Part shown: positions 23,072 through 31,831 of the stretch, in pieces
Numbering within the stretch: the stretch's first letter is position 1
Layout: every line of letters starts with the position of its first letter
Assembly: GCA_017453045.1 (NCBI GenBank)
Contig: JAFTKX010000047.1
Location: 7,357-39,356, forward strand
From: Clostridia bacterium
GTDB taxonomy: Bacteria; Bacillota; Clostridia; Christensenellales; Borkfalkiaceae
Direction: 5' to 3'
Length of the DNA: 32,000 nucleotides
Notes under the pieces: generated by a model
Databases searched by the model: none
Told to the model about the DNA's origin: nothing
What the model saw: the letters and a program-made list of their open reading frames with translations, nothing else
Made by a program: the position numbers and the translations under genes

Positions 23072-23755
23072 TTATTTTCTTTCAAGTTTACCGTCAACCG
23101 CTTTATAAACCGCATTGCCGTCTGCTACCGCAAAGGTTGCGTTTTCGCTGTATTCAAACGCTCTTTCGTGTATATCGACTAAAGTAGCGGGTACGAATAC
23201 GTTTTTAAGCGAAGAACAAAGCCCGAACGAACAAACACCGAGCGATTCAACTTTAGTAAGCGATAAAGACGAAATCTTCGCTTCGTAGAAAGCGTAACCT
23301 TCGATTACCTTAACCAAAGAGCCGATTTTTAAATCTATTAAAGAAGTACATTCTCTAAACGCGCCGTATCTAACGGTGAGTTTACGCTCCGTACCGTTTC
23401 CTAACGTTGCAATTTTTACCGCTTTAAGATTTGGGCAAAAAGCAAACGCTTCTTCGCCGATAAGTTCGTAACCAACCGGAACGGTCAATTCAGTAATAAC
23501 GGCATTTCCCTTAAATCCTGCGTCTGCAACGGCGGTTACTTCAACGCCGTTATGAGAAACGGGAAGTTGAACTTTAGCAGGAAGTTCTGCGCCTTCTTTT
23601 AATGAAATTTCGTAAGTGCCATCGTCTCTTTCTGCAAAATTAAAGCAATCGACGTTCGTTGCATCGTACGTCTTATCCTTAACGATATTACACGACGCAA
23701 AGGTTAATACTGATATAATCAATATTGCAAGTACGGATAAAAATCTCGTTTTCAT
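23072..23755 (-). CDS. lipoprotein with BspA-type leucine-rich repeats
   Basis: 227 aa with the lipobox TFASC. It has repeated ...I.E.AF..C.SL..V.I... units (IGEEAFAFCPNLKAVKI, GAFRECTSLIDLKI, IEGYAFYEAKISSLSL, CSFGLCSSLKNVFV). Confidence 0.8.
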   Translation of the reverse strand: MKTRFLSVLAILIISVLTFASCNIVKDKTYDATNVDCFNFAERDDGTYEISLKEGAELPAKVQLPVSHNGVEVTAVADAGFKGNAVITELTVPVGYELIGEEAFAFCPNLKAVKIATLGNGTERKLTVRYGAFRECTSLIDLKIGSLVKVIEGYAFYEAKISSLSLTKVESLGVCSFGLCSSLKNVFVPATLVDIHERAFEYSENATFAVADGNAVYKAVDGKLERK

Positions 23756-23784
23756 ATCATACCCCTATAATAATAGATAATAAT

Positions 23785-23813
23785 AGTATAGTTTATCTTT
23801 TCGTTTTTGTCAA
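23785..23813 (-). promoter_or_regulatory. sigma-A promoter of the LRR lipoprotein gene
   Basis: Minus strand reads TTGACA (23808-23813), 17 nt, TATACT (23785-23790). Confidence 0.55.
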
Positions 23814-23868
23814 TACTTTTGGGCAATTATTGAATTTTTTTCTATTAAAACGACGGGTAAATTTGAAG

Positions 23869-24699
23869 TTATAGAACTTTCGACAAAAACTCTTTAAGCC
23901 TTTCTGATTTGGGGTTTGTAAAAAATTCGTCGGGCGGAGCGCTTTCAACGATTTTGCCTTCGTCAACGAACAACACTTTAGTCGCTACTTCTCTTGCAAA
24001 ACCCATTTCGTGAGTTACGATAACCATAGTCATACCTTCGTTTGCAACTTCTTTTATAAGCGCTAAAACTTCGCCGACCATTTCGGGATCGAGCGCAGAT
24101 GTTGGCTCGTCGAAAAGCATAACTTTTGGGTTCATTGCAAGCGCCCTTACTATTGCAACCCTTTGCTTTTGTCCGCCCGATAAAGTGGATGGATATTCGT
24201 CTTTTTTATCAAAAAGCCCTATTCTTTTAAGTAGTTCGTCGGCTTTGTCCGACGCCTTTTTCTTTATTTCGGCAGGAGTTTCACTTATCGGCAAAAGGGC
24301 TTTCTTTTTGGACTTACTTTTAAATAAATTCGTTAAGGCAATAAATAAATTTTTACGTTTTGTCTTGCGATAATTTTCAAGACCGCAAATTACGGGTACC
24401 ATCGTTATGTTGTTTTTGACGGTTTTATTGTTGAACAAGTTAAACTGCTGAAATACCATACCGATATGTCTGCGGTGCTTGTTGATGTCGACTTTAAAAT
24501 CGGCTATATTTTCTCCTCCGAAATATATCGCGCCACCCGTTGGGTCTTCCAAGCAGTTTAAACATCTTAAAAGAGTGCTTTTGCCACTACCCGAAGTGCC
24601 TATTATCGCCACCCTTTCGCCTTCTTTAACCGAAAGGTTTATTCCGTCTAAAACCTTTTTATCGCCAAACGATTTTTCAAGATTAACAACTTCTATCAC
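23869..24699 (-). CDS. amino-acid ABC transporter ATP-binding protein (GlnQ/ArtP-like) with a Lys-rich ~35-aa insertion
   Basis: Walker [11 protein letters not shown]-loop FQQFNLF, signature LSGGQKQR, Walker [12 protein letters not shown] and H-loop THEM. Confidence 0.93.
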   Translation of the reverse strand: MIEVVNLEKSFGDKKVLDGINLSVKEGERVAIIGTSGSGKSTLLRCLNCLEDPTGGAIYFGGENIADFKVDINKHRRHIGMVFQQFNLFNNKTVKNNITMVPVICGLENYRKTKRKNLFIALTNLFKSKSKKKALLPISETPAEIKKKASDKADELLKRIGLFDKKDEYPSTLSGGQKQRVAIVRALAMNPKVMLFDEPTSALDPEMVGEVLALIKEVANEGMTMVIVTHEMGFAREVATKVLFVDEGKIVESAPPDEFFTNPKSERLKEFLSKVL

Positions 24700-25378
24700 T
24701 TTTTCTAAACCTCTTTTCCATTAGTTTTACTGCAACGGTTACCAAACTTACAAGTAAAAGATAACAAAGCGCCAAAACGCAATACGGAATTACGTACTCG
24801 TACGAACCGCCTGCAATAGATTGAAAGGCTTTGGTTATATCGGTTACGGCAATAAAACTTACTACCGAAGTTTCTTTAAGTAGTGTAATAAACTCGTTGC
24901 CGAGCGTGGGCAAAATGTTTTTGATTGCTTGCGGTATTACTATTTTAAACATTGATTTTCCGTAACTTAAGCCAAGCGCTCTACCCGCTTCCATTTGTCC
25001 GCTATCAACCGACAAAAGTCCGCTACGCATAATCTCGGAAACGTAAGCGCCACTATTTAAACCGTAAGTTATTACAGCAACTATCATAGACGGAATTTTA
25101 AGTCCCATAAGCGGTAGGGCTACGTAATAAATTAAAAGAAGTTGCACGGCAATCGGCGTTCCCCTAAATAACCACACGTAAAAGTCCCCGATTGAAGCGA
25201 GGACCTTTTGGAAGAAATTTTTATAAGGAATTATTTTTATCGAAGCGATTATCGTTCCGATAACTATGCCGATTATAAGACCTAAAAAAGCAATGATAAG
25301 CGTGCTTTTAAGTCCGTCGAGAACTTCGATATAACCTTTATAAGTAAAGAAAAACTTAACAAATTTCTGCCACTTCAT
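24683..25378 (-). CDS. amino-acid ABC transporter permease (His/Glu/Gln/Arg/opine family)
   Basis: 231 aa, polytopic, with the EAA-type loop [22 protein letters not shown]. Confidence 0.93.
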   Translation of the reverse strand: MKWQKFVKFFFTYKGYIEVLDGLKSTLIIAFLGLIIGIVIGTIIASIKIIPYKNFFQKVLASIGDFYVWLFRGTPIAVQLLLIYYVALPLMGLKIPSMIVAVITYGLNSGAYVSEIMRSGLLSVDSGQMEAGRALGLSYGKSMFKIVIPQAIKNILPTLGNEFITLLKETSVVSFIAVTDITKAFQSIAGGSYEYVIPYCVLALCYLLLVSLVTVAVKLMEKRFRKSDRSC

Positions 25379-25389
25379 TAGTTTTTTCC

Positions 25390-26268
25390 TTACGCGTTAA
25401 TATTAGCAACTACGGCTTTTGCAGTTTCGTAGTCGGATACGACGAAGTCAATATTGCCGTTGATTAAATCTTGAACTGCAAGAGCGTGAGATGAATAGCC
25501 TTTGAAAGTTATATTTTCAAAGCCCTCAAGCCAATCTCCCGAGCCTTTGATATAATACTCGCCCGTTGTACCGCTTTGAGAACCTGCTTTTTTGTCTTCA
25601 AAAGACGCAAGTAACGTTTCAACGTCTTTAGCAGTTTCACAAGCGTCGAAAGTAGTATCGCTTTCATTAACGATAATTACTTGTGAAGAATGGAAATAAG
25701 TGTTGGTAAAATCAACGCTTGCAAGTCTATCCTCAGTTACCGAAAGCCCTGCAATACCAAGGTCGCAATAGGTATACGCGTCGTAACCGTCGTTATCAAC
25801 GCCTTCGTCCATTTCAACACCTGCAACCGAAGTTATTATAGCGTCTAAGTTCATATTTACTAAAACGAGAGTTTTGTTAAGTTTTTCAGCAAGTTGAACT
25901 GCAATTTCAATATCAATACCAAAGTATTGAGTTCCCATTTTATATTCAAACGGAGCAAATTCTGCGTTCGTCGCAACGATAAGCGGATTGTCTATTCCGT
26001 TTGCGCTATTTGGAATAGTATACCCTTCGGTTACGGCATCCATATCTTGATATTTTTCAATAATAGCGTCAACGTCAATTTGCTCAAGCGCTTGATTTAC
26101 TTGATTTTTAAGTTCGGTTTTGCCTTTACCGATTGCAATAGCGTATTCTTCTTCAGTTAATTTAATATCAATGAGTTTAACTTTTGAAGTTTCGCCACAA
26201 GAAGTAGCAATAGACAAACTAAAACAAGCAATGATAACGCACAATAATAAAGTTATAAATTTTTTCAT
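25390..26268 (-). CDS. amino-acid ABC transporter substrate-binding lipoprotein
   Basis: 292 aa with the lipobox IATSC and type-3 SBP features (ATNAEFAPFEY ... GIDIEIA ... DFVVSD). It is the first gene of the ABC operon. Confidence 0.88.
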   Translation of the reverse strand: MKKFITLLLCVIIACFSLSIATSCGETSKVKLIDIKLTEEEYAIAIGKGKTELKNQVNQALEQIDVDAIIEKYQDMDAVTEGYTIPNSANGIDNPLIVATNAEFAPFEYKMGTQYFGIDIEIAVQLAEKLNKTLVLVNMNLDAIITSVAGVEMDEGVDNDGYDAYTYCDLGIAGLSVTEDRLASVDFTNTYFHSSQVIIVNESDTTFDACETAKDVETLLASFEDKKAGSQSGTTGEYYIKGSGDWLEGFENITFKGYSSHALAVQDLINGNIDFVVSDYETAKAVVANINA

Positions 26269-26304
26269 AAGTGTTTTCTCCTATCCATTTATTTAGCCTT
26301 GCAT

Positions 26305-26333
26305 ATATTAACACTTTAATGAATATAAGTCAA
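26305..26333 (-). promoter_or_regulatory. candidate sigma-A promoter of the ABC transporter operon
   Basis: Minus strand reads TTGACT (26328-26333), 17 nt, TAATAT (26305-26310). Confidence 0.5.
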
Positions 26334-26428
26334 TTATTTTTGCATAAATTTTAAAAATTTTTGCATTATTTTTTATTTTTATACATTATTCATATAATTT
26401 ATGTATAATTATTCATTTTTGTAAACAG

Positions 26429-27232
26429 TTATTCAATAGAATACTTATAAACTTCCGACTTTGGCATTTTTCTTTCTTTCGCAACGAGTTTAACTGCGTC
26501 CATATTACTCATACCTTTATCGGTATAAAGTTTAATATGTTCCTTTACAGTAAGCGAAAGATTTGGATTTTCTTCCTCCGTAGCCCTTTCGACTAAAATC
26601 ACGAATTCGCCTTTGGGGTTTTCTTCGGGATAACCGTCGGAAAGATTAAACCTTATAGCCCGTTCGTGTAATTTTGTTATCTCTTTTACGGCAACCGCTT
26701 GCCTATCACCTAAATGCAAACGTAAATTTTCAACCGTTTTTATTACGTCGTGCGGAGCGCAATAGAAAATCAGCGTTGCGTCAAAATTTTTATATTTTGA
26801 CAAGATTTGCTCTACGTCTTTTTTCTTTTCGGGCAAAAAGCCAATAAAACAAAACCTTGACGCGTCTAACCCCGACAAAATAAGGGCTGGAACGAAAGCG
26901 GTTGCGCCCGGTATCACGGTATATTCTACACCGCTTTCTATAAGCATTTTACACAAAACGTTTCCGGGATCTGATATTACGGGTGTGCCTGCGTCGGTTA
27001 TAAGCGCGATATTTTTACCCGACTTTAACTCGCCGATAAGTTTTTCCCCCGCGACTTTTTCGTTGAACTTATGATAAGATACGAGAGGTTTTTTTATTTC
27101 GTAATGGTTTAAAAGTTTAAGCGAAGTTCGCGTGTCTTCGCAAGCGATTAAATCAACGCTTTTTAAAACTTCTAAAGCCCTTAAAGTTATATCTTTTAAA
27201 TTTCCTACGGGTGTTGATACAAAATAAAGCAT
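26429..27232 (-). CDS. rsmI: 16S rRNA (cytidine1402-2'-O)-methyltransferase RsmI
   Basis: MLYFVSTPVGNLKDITLRALEVLKSVDLIACEDTR is the canonical RsmI N-terminus (tetrapyrrole-methylase fold). Confidence 0.95.
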   Translation of the reverse strand: MLYFVSTPVGNLKDITLRALEVLKSVDLIACEDTRTSLKLLNHYEIKKPLVSYHKFNEKVAGEKLIGELKSGKNIALITDAGTPVISDPGNVLCKMLIESGVEYTVIPGATAFVPALILSGLDASRFCFIGFLPEKKKDVEQILSKYKNFDATLIFYCAPHDVIKTVENLRLHLGDRQAVAVKEITKLHERAIRFNLSDGYPEENPKGEFVILVERATEEENPNLSLTVKEHIKLYTDKGMSNMDAVKLVAKERKMPKSEVYKYSIE

Positions 27233-27241
27233 AGGATTTCC

Positions 27242-27922
27242 TTAATTATTTATATTCTCTAAAACTACGAGTTGACGGGTTACGCATTTTACGCCTTCAA
27301 CTAAAAATAAATACGGTTTTTGACTTTGACCGCTAACTACGAATTGAAGTTTATATGGTTCGATTTTAAACGCGCGCATAAGCGAAAGAGCGTCCGTAAG
27401 CCTTTCTACCCTTTGACACATGCAAAAACGCCCGCCGACTTTAAGTTTTTTATATGCGGTACTTATAATTTCTTCTAAAGTAATAGCGATTTCATGACGA
27501 CAAATTGCAATATGACCTTCGGGGTTTGTTCCACCCGAATTTTTCTTTTTATAAGGTGGGTTACATAAAACCAAAGAATAAAAATCGTTTTTCTCTTTAG
27601 AAATTTCTTGCACGGGCATATTAAAACAAAATACCTTATCTTGCAAACCGTTATACTCGATAGTTCTTTGAAAGGTATCTGCAAGTTCGGGTTGTATTTC
27701 GTATCCGTCTACCCTTTTTACACCCTTATTTAAGGCGTAATAATGCAAACCGACTATTCCGCTACCCGCGCAAAAATCGGCGACTACGTCTCCCTTTTTG
27801 TAACTTGCAAAACGGGAGAGTAAAACCGCGTCGCTTGAAAAGCGGTATAAATTTTTGTTTTGAATTATTTTAAGACCGTCTATTAAAAGGTCTTCTAACG
27901 TTTCGTTTTCTTTTAAATTCAT
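27242..27922 (-). CDS. tRNA (adenine-N6)-methyltransferase-like SAM-dependent MTase (YabB/TrmN6-like)
   Basis: SAM motif DFCAGSGIVG and catalytic NPPY. The start is set at the ATG at 27922 (RBS AAGGAAG). The tracked GTG extension to 27961 overlaps the ferredoxin terminator. Confidence 0.85.
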   Translation of the reverse strand: MNLKENETLEDLLIDGLKIIQNKNLYRFSSDAVLLSRFASYKKGDVVADFCAGSGIVGLHYYALNKGVKRVDGYEIQPELADTFQRTIEYNGLQDKVFCFNMPVQEISKEKNDFYSLVLCNPPYKKKNSGGTNPEGHIAICRHEIAITLEEIISTAYKKLKVGGRFCMCQRVERLTDALSLMRAFKIEPYKLQFVVSGQSQKPYLFLVEGVKCVTRQLVVLENINN

Positions 27923-27931
27923 AACTTCCTT

Positions 27932-27966
27932 AAAAAAGTTATGGCGTAGCCAAAAGGCCACGCCAT
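27932..27966 (-). terminator. terminator after the ferredoxin gene
   Basis: Minus strand reads ATGGCGTGGCC-tttt-GGCTACGCCAT followed by AACTTTTTT. Confidence 0.7.
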
Positions 27967-27992
27967 TAACAATTTGTTTTTTACGTAGATTC

Positions 27993-28163
27993 TTATTCTT
28001 CTACAGGCGCGCCAACTGGACAAGTAGCAGCACAAGCGCCACATCCGATACAAGTATCAGCGTCGATAACGTAAGCGTCTGCTCCTGCAGTAATTGCAGC
28101 TACTGGGCAAGCGTCTGCGCAAGCGCCACAGTTGATGCAAGCGTCAGTAATTTTGTATGCCAT
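27993..28163 (-). CDS. fdx: 2x[4Fe-4S] clostridial-type ferredoxin
   Basis: Two CxxCxxCxxxCP motifs (CINCGACADACP, CIGCGACAATCP). The start is at the ATG at 28163, preceded by GGAGGT; the tracked upstream ATG lies inside the RBS. Confidence 0.93.
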   Translation of the reverse strand: MAYKITDACINCGACADACPVAAITAGADAYVIDADTCIGCGACAATCPVGAPVEE

Positions 28164-28328
28164 GGTAAATACCTCCATTTTTTAGAAAAAGTAACCCCTT
28201 ACTCTTTCCTTTTTACTCATTATACCACATTTTTTTCGTTTTGTATATAAATTTTACAACTTTATATAAAATTTTTAGGCTTTGTTACAACGTATGCGAA
28301 TTTTGACATTACGCATAGCCACCTTTAA

Positions 28329-29204
28329 TCAATCTAAAAGGTCGGCAATCTCCTTTGAATTAGCGTCGTCTTCAACTTCTTCGATTTTATTAGCCTTTTT
28401 AACTTTTATTTCGCTTAATTTAAAATCTTTAAAAGCAAGCGAACCGTCACCGCTTTCAATTTTTACCTTTACTAAAAGTTTAAGCATATTGTTAGAGATA
28501 ACCGTCGCTTTTCCTTCGGGAGTGATTACTTCGCTACCGATTTTGGGCATAAGTTTGAAAGTTTCGCTATAATGCTCGTTTTCGTATTCTAAACAACACA
28601 TAAGTCTTCCGCAAAGTCCGCTTATTTTGGTTGGATTTAATGAAAGACCTTGTGTTTTTGCCATTTTTATAGTAACTTTTCTAAAATCGGGCATACAACT
28701 TGCGCAACAGCAAACTCTACCGCAAGGCGCAATTCCGCCGAGAATTCTCGTTTCGTCTCTTATGCCGACTTGACGAAGTTCTATTCTTATGTGGAACGCC
28801 GACGCTAAATCTCTTACGAGTTCTCTAAAGTCAATTCTTCCAGCAGCGGTAAAATAAAAAATTACCTTGCTATTGTCGAACGTAAACTCGGCGTCGATAA
28901 GTTTCATTTTTAAGCCCCTCGCCGTGATTTTTTCGTTGGCAATTTTAAGGGCGGACGGAACTTTTTCTTCGTTGCGTTTAACCCTTGCTTCGTCGTCGGG
29001 CGTGGCAATTCTACTTATCGGTTTTAAGGGCTGAACTATCTCGCTATCGGGAACGTCTTTAGGCTCGATTATTACCTTGCCGAACTCGACGCCACGGGCA
29101 GTTTCTACTATTACGCCCGAACCCTTTTTATAAAACACGTCGGCTGGATCGAAATAGTAAACCTTGCCCGTGTGTTTAAATTTTATTCCTACAATTTTCG
29201 CCAT
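28329..29204 (-). CDS. ricT: PSP1-domain stage 0 sporulation protein YaaT/RicT
   Basis: MAKIVGIKFKHTGKVYYFDP, plus Cys clusters CGRVCCCASC and CGRLMCCLEYE. It lies downstream of holB, as in Bacillus. Confidence 0.92.
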   Translation of the reverse strand: MAKIVGIKFKHTGKVYYFDPADVFYKKGSGVIVETARGVEFGKVIIEPKDVPDSEIVQPLKPISRIATPDDEARVKRNEEKVPSALKIANEKITARGLKMKLIDAEFTFDNSKVIFYFTAAGRIDFRELVRDLASAFHIRIELRQVGIRDETRILGGIAPCGRVCCCASCMPDFRKVTIKMAKTQGLSLNPTKISGLCGRLMCCLEYENEHYSETFKLMPKIGSEVITPEGKATVISNNMLKLLVKVKIESGDGSLAFKDFKLSEIKVKKANKIEEVEDDANSKEIADLLD

Positions 29205-30133
29205 CTATTTTTCTCCTCTAATATTCCGAATAAGATTGAGTCAACCGTCATTTGAACGTTTGCGCTAAAATTTACCGCTCTTTCTTTTTCGGAAAGCAAA
29301 TCTTCTATCGAAAGGAGCGCGCCGAGCGGATATTCGTTTAAATCTAAATCGTTCAATAGCCCTGCGAGTTTAAGTTTAATAACCCGCATAACTTCGACTT
29401 TCATTTCGGCGATAAACCTTACGATATTGTCCTTATCTATTTTGGAGCAGTATGCCAAAACGTCTTTACTGCTTTTCATTTTAGTTAAAATTTCTCTGCA
29501 AAGCAAGGCGGTTTTTTCTGTTTGAGTATCGTTATAAATCTTGACAATTTCGGTAAGTCTTCCACCGCCACCCGCTATCGCTTTGTCTAATTTTTTTATA
29601 TCCGTAAATTCGGCTATAAGCGTATTTTTAAGTATTTTATCCCCAAAAGGCGGAACGTCTATACACTTTACCCTTGATTTTATAGTCGGGAGCAAGGAAT
29701 AGTCCATAGTAGCGCCCATAAGTATGCAGACGTTTGCAGGGGGTTCTTCTAAGGTTTTTAAAATTTTGTTTTGAGCCACTACGCCCATATTTTCAACGTT
29801 TGATAGTACGAAAAGTCGAGTTTTGTTTTCAAGCGGTTTAACGTAACTTTGGCTTACTAAATCGTCGACGTCCGCCGTTAAAATTTTACCGCCGTCTTTT
29901 GGATAAAAAGTACAGTCGGCGTAACCTTCTTCGCTTATTAGATTACACGTTCTACACTTACCGCAACCGTCTTCGTCGCACGCGATAAGACGGGCGAAAA
30001 CCTTTAAATACTCCTTTAAAAAATCACCGTCGGGACAAACGATAAGATAGGCGTGGCTAAGCGCTCCGCGCTTTTTTTCGCCCGAAATAATCTTATATGC
30101 GTTCGTTGTTTTTATGAGTTCGGTGACGTACAT
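29189..30133 (-). CDS. holB: DNA polymerase III subunit delta'
   Basis: 314 aa with LSHAYLI, a zinc module CGKCRTC, and NKILKTLEEPP...SRV. It sits between tmk and yaaT. Confidence 0.9.
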   Translation of the reverse strand: MYVTELIKTTNAYKIISGEKKRGALSHAYLIVCPDGDFLKEYLKVFARLIACDEDGCGKCRTCNLISEEGYADCTFYPKDGGKILTADVDDLVSQSYVKPLENKTRLFVLSNVENMGVVAQNKILKTLEEPPANVCILMGATMDYSLLPTIKSRVKCIDVPPFGDKILKNTLIAEFTDIKKLDKAIAGGGGRLTEIVKIYNDTQTEKTALLCREILTKMKSSKDVLAYCSKIDKDNIVRFIAEMKVEVMRVIKLKLAGLLNDLDLNEYPLGALLSIEDLLSEKERAVNFSANVQMTVDSILFGILEEKNRWRKL

Positions 30134-30136
30134 AAC

Positions 30137-30778
30137 TTAAATAATTTCTCTCTCTTTTAATACTTTCACTATTTGGTCAAAAACTTCGTCAGCGCCCTTT
30201 TTCGCGTCGATACAAACGATTCTTTGACTATAATCGTTTGCCAAAGTCTTATAACCCTCGTAAACTTTTTTGTGGAAATTTATACCGCTTTGTTCAAGCC
30301 TATCGCCTTCGTCCGCTCCGCCTTTACGGGCAAAAGCGTCTTCGGGAGAAATATCTAAAAACAAGGTTAAATCGGGCATACAGTTTTCAACTGCGTAAAC
30401 GTTTACGCCTTTTACAAACTCAATACCAAGCCCTCTTGCGTACGCTTGGTAGGCGAAGGAAGAATCAATATATCTATCGCAAACGACGATTTTGCCTTGG
30501 TTTTTTGCAGGCAATATTTTTTCCTTTATATGCTGAACTCTCGACGACGCGTATAAAAGCGCTTCTGCCTCGTCGCACATTGCGGTATTATTGCCGTCTA
30601 AAATAATTTTTCTTATCTGTTCGGCTATTGGAGTTCCCCCCGGCTCTCTCGTAAACACGAAATCGACACCGCTATTTTTTAAAAACTCCTCAAGTTTTTT
30701 AAGTTGAGTCGACTTTCCAGAGCCTTCGCAACCTTCTAAAGTAATAAAATATCCTTTTTTAGACATGTCCATACCCAC
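30137..30778 (-). CDS. tmk: dTMP (thymidylate) kinase
   Basis: FITLEGCEGSGKSTQ P-loop, TREPGGT, and DRYIDSSFAYQ. The true start is probably the ATG at 30766 or 30772 rather than the GTG at 30778. Confidence 0.95.
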   Translation of the reverse strand: MGMDMSKKGYFITLEGCEGSGKSTQLKKLEEFLKNSGVDFVFTREPGGTPIAEQIRKIILDGNNTAMCDEAEALLYASSRVQHIKEKILPAKNQGKIVVCDRYIDSSFAYQAYARGLGIEFVKGVNVYAVENCMPDLTLFLDISPEDAFARKGGADEGDRLEQSGINFHKKVYEGYKTLANDYSQRIVCIDAKKGADEVFDQIVKVLKEREII

Positions 30779-31787
30779 TATAAGTTTCTATAACTCTCTT
30801 TATAAAGGCAAGCGATTCGTATTGTAAATCGGGTTGATAAGATTGAAAATCAAACACGCCCATAACGAGCCCTTCCGAAGTCGTTTTTCCATTTGCGTAG
30901 GTGTACCAAACTTCAGAAATATCGGCTTTTTTGTCAGTTTGACTATCAATAAAAGGCTTGTTTAATTTATATAAATCAATACCGAAAGGGTATGTTTTTA
31001 CTTCGCCTTCTATCACTTTACCGTCTTCGTCATACTGCTTTAAGTCGCCGTACCATAAAATATCGTTATCTTCGGCTTTTGCTTGATCTATCGCCCTTTT
31101 TACGAAAAGGTAATTTTCGTAAATTGCAATTATTCGCTTAATTTCAAGTTTAACGCCCTCTTGCTTTTGAAGTTCGGTGCGGAAAGTTTTTCTATAATTG
31201 CCCGCGCTTTTTAAACGGACGTTTAAAAAATACGTTTCGATTTCATCTTCGTCAACCGAGTACGTTCCGTCTTGATTTTCAACTATAAATCCGTTGCTTA
31301 CGCAATAAGTTCTCGCGTCGGTTAAAAAGGTTTCAAAATTATATAAATAGCCCCCGTTTATAACGCTCGATATTTCGCTCGACGGGTCTTCTTCGTCTTC
31401 TTTGCCTTCTTCTACTTCAACGGCTCTACCGTCGCTTATAAGCAACACGTCGCCTTCTTGGACGGACGCCCTTAACGAAAGCATATAACTTGCGGAATAT
31501 TGCCCTGCCGAATTTAGATAACTAACGTTTAATTCTAAAACGTCGAACGACAAAGTTCCGTCTTTTTTCATATCGGATAATAAACTGCCGTTTTTAGCCG
31601 AGTTGACCGTTTTTACGTTTTCATAAACCATAAAAACGAATTCTTCGCCTACAGTCGATCTCGTAGCAAGCATTGTGAAAAGCAATACCCAAACTACGAT
31701 ACCTGCAACTATAGCAACGACAATTTTTACCCAATCGTAACTAAGCATATTTTTAAGCCTGTTACCGTTTACTTTTATATCCATCAA
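30759..31787 (-). CDS. membrane-anchored protein of unknown function (single N-terminal TM, large extracytoplasmic domain)
   Basis: 342-aa ORF. The TM helix is IVVAIVAGIVVWVLLFTMLA. I recognise no motif. It overlaps the tmk start region. Confidence 0.7.
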   Translation of the reverse strand: MMDIKVNGNRLKNMLSYDWVKIVVAIVAGIVVWVLLFTMLATRSTVGEEFVFMVYENVKTVNSAKNGSLLSDMKKDGTLSFDVLELNVSYLNSAGQYSASYMLSLRASVQEGDVLLISDGRAVEVEEGKEDEEDPSSEISSVINGGYLYNFETFLTDARTYCVSNGFIVENQDGTYSVDEDEIETYFLNVRLKSAGNYRKTFRTELQKQEGVKLEIKRIIAIYENYLFVKRAIDQAKAEDNDILWYGDLKQYDEDGKVIEGEVKTYPFGIDLYKLNKPFIDSQTDKKADISEVWYTYANGKTTSEGLVMGVFDFQSYQPDLQYESLAFIKRVIETYSGYGHV

Positions 31788-31807
31788 CTATGATTTCCTT
31801 ATATAGC

Positions 31808-31831
31808 AAAAAAAGGGCTTACGCCCCCTTT
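31808..31831 (-). terminator. terminator after greA
   Basis: Minus strand reads AGGGGGCGTAAGCCCTTTTTTTG: a GGGC-gtaa-GCCC stem followed by a T-run. Confidence 0.55.

Noticed and set aside
10305-26337. Reading the recurrent TCGACTTATAGG motif simply as a sigma-A -35 element
   Set aside because: A plausible -10 at 17-18 nt exists for only two of the six copies (17671-17700, 26305-26333). Two copies point away from any gene and two lie within terminator regions.
26341-26428. AT-rich repeats (ATTTTTGCATAA / ATTTTTGCATTA; TATACAT...ATGTATA) between rsmI and the ABC operon, considered as a regulatory RNA or T-box
   Set aside because: The region is too short and too AT-rich. It has no specifier or T-box sequence features and is consistent with ordinary promoter-upstream DNA.
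27923-28178. Longer N-terminal extensions from the ORF track: GTG at 27961 for the MTase and ATG at 28178 for ferredoxin. The same issue applies at 23035 for yfbR and 16704 for ppx
   Set aside because: Downstream starts have proper RBSs. The extensions overlap a terminator hairpin (27941-27966) or the RBS itself, and they add non-conserved residues.
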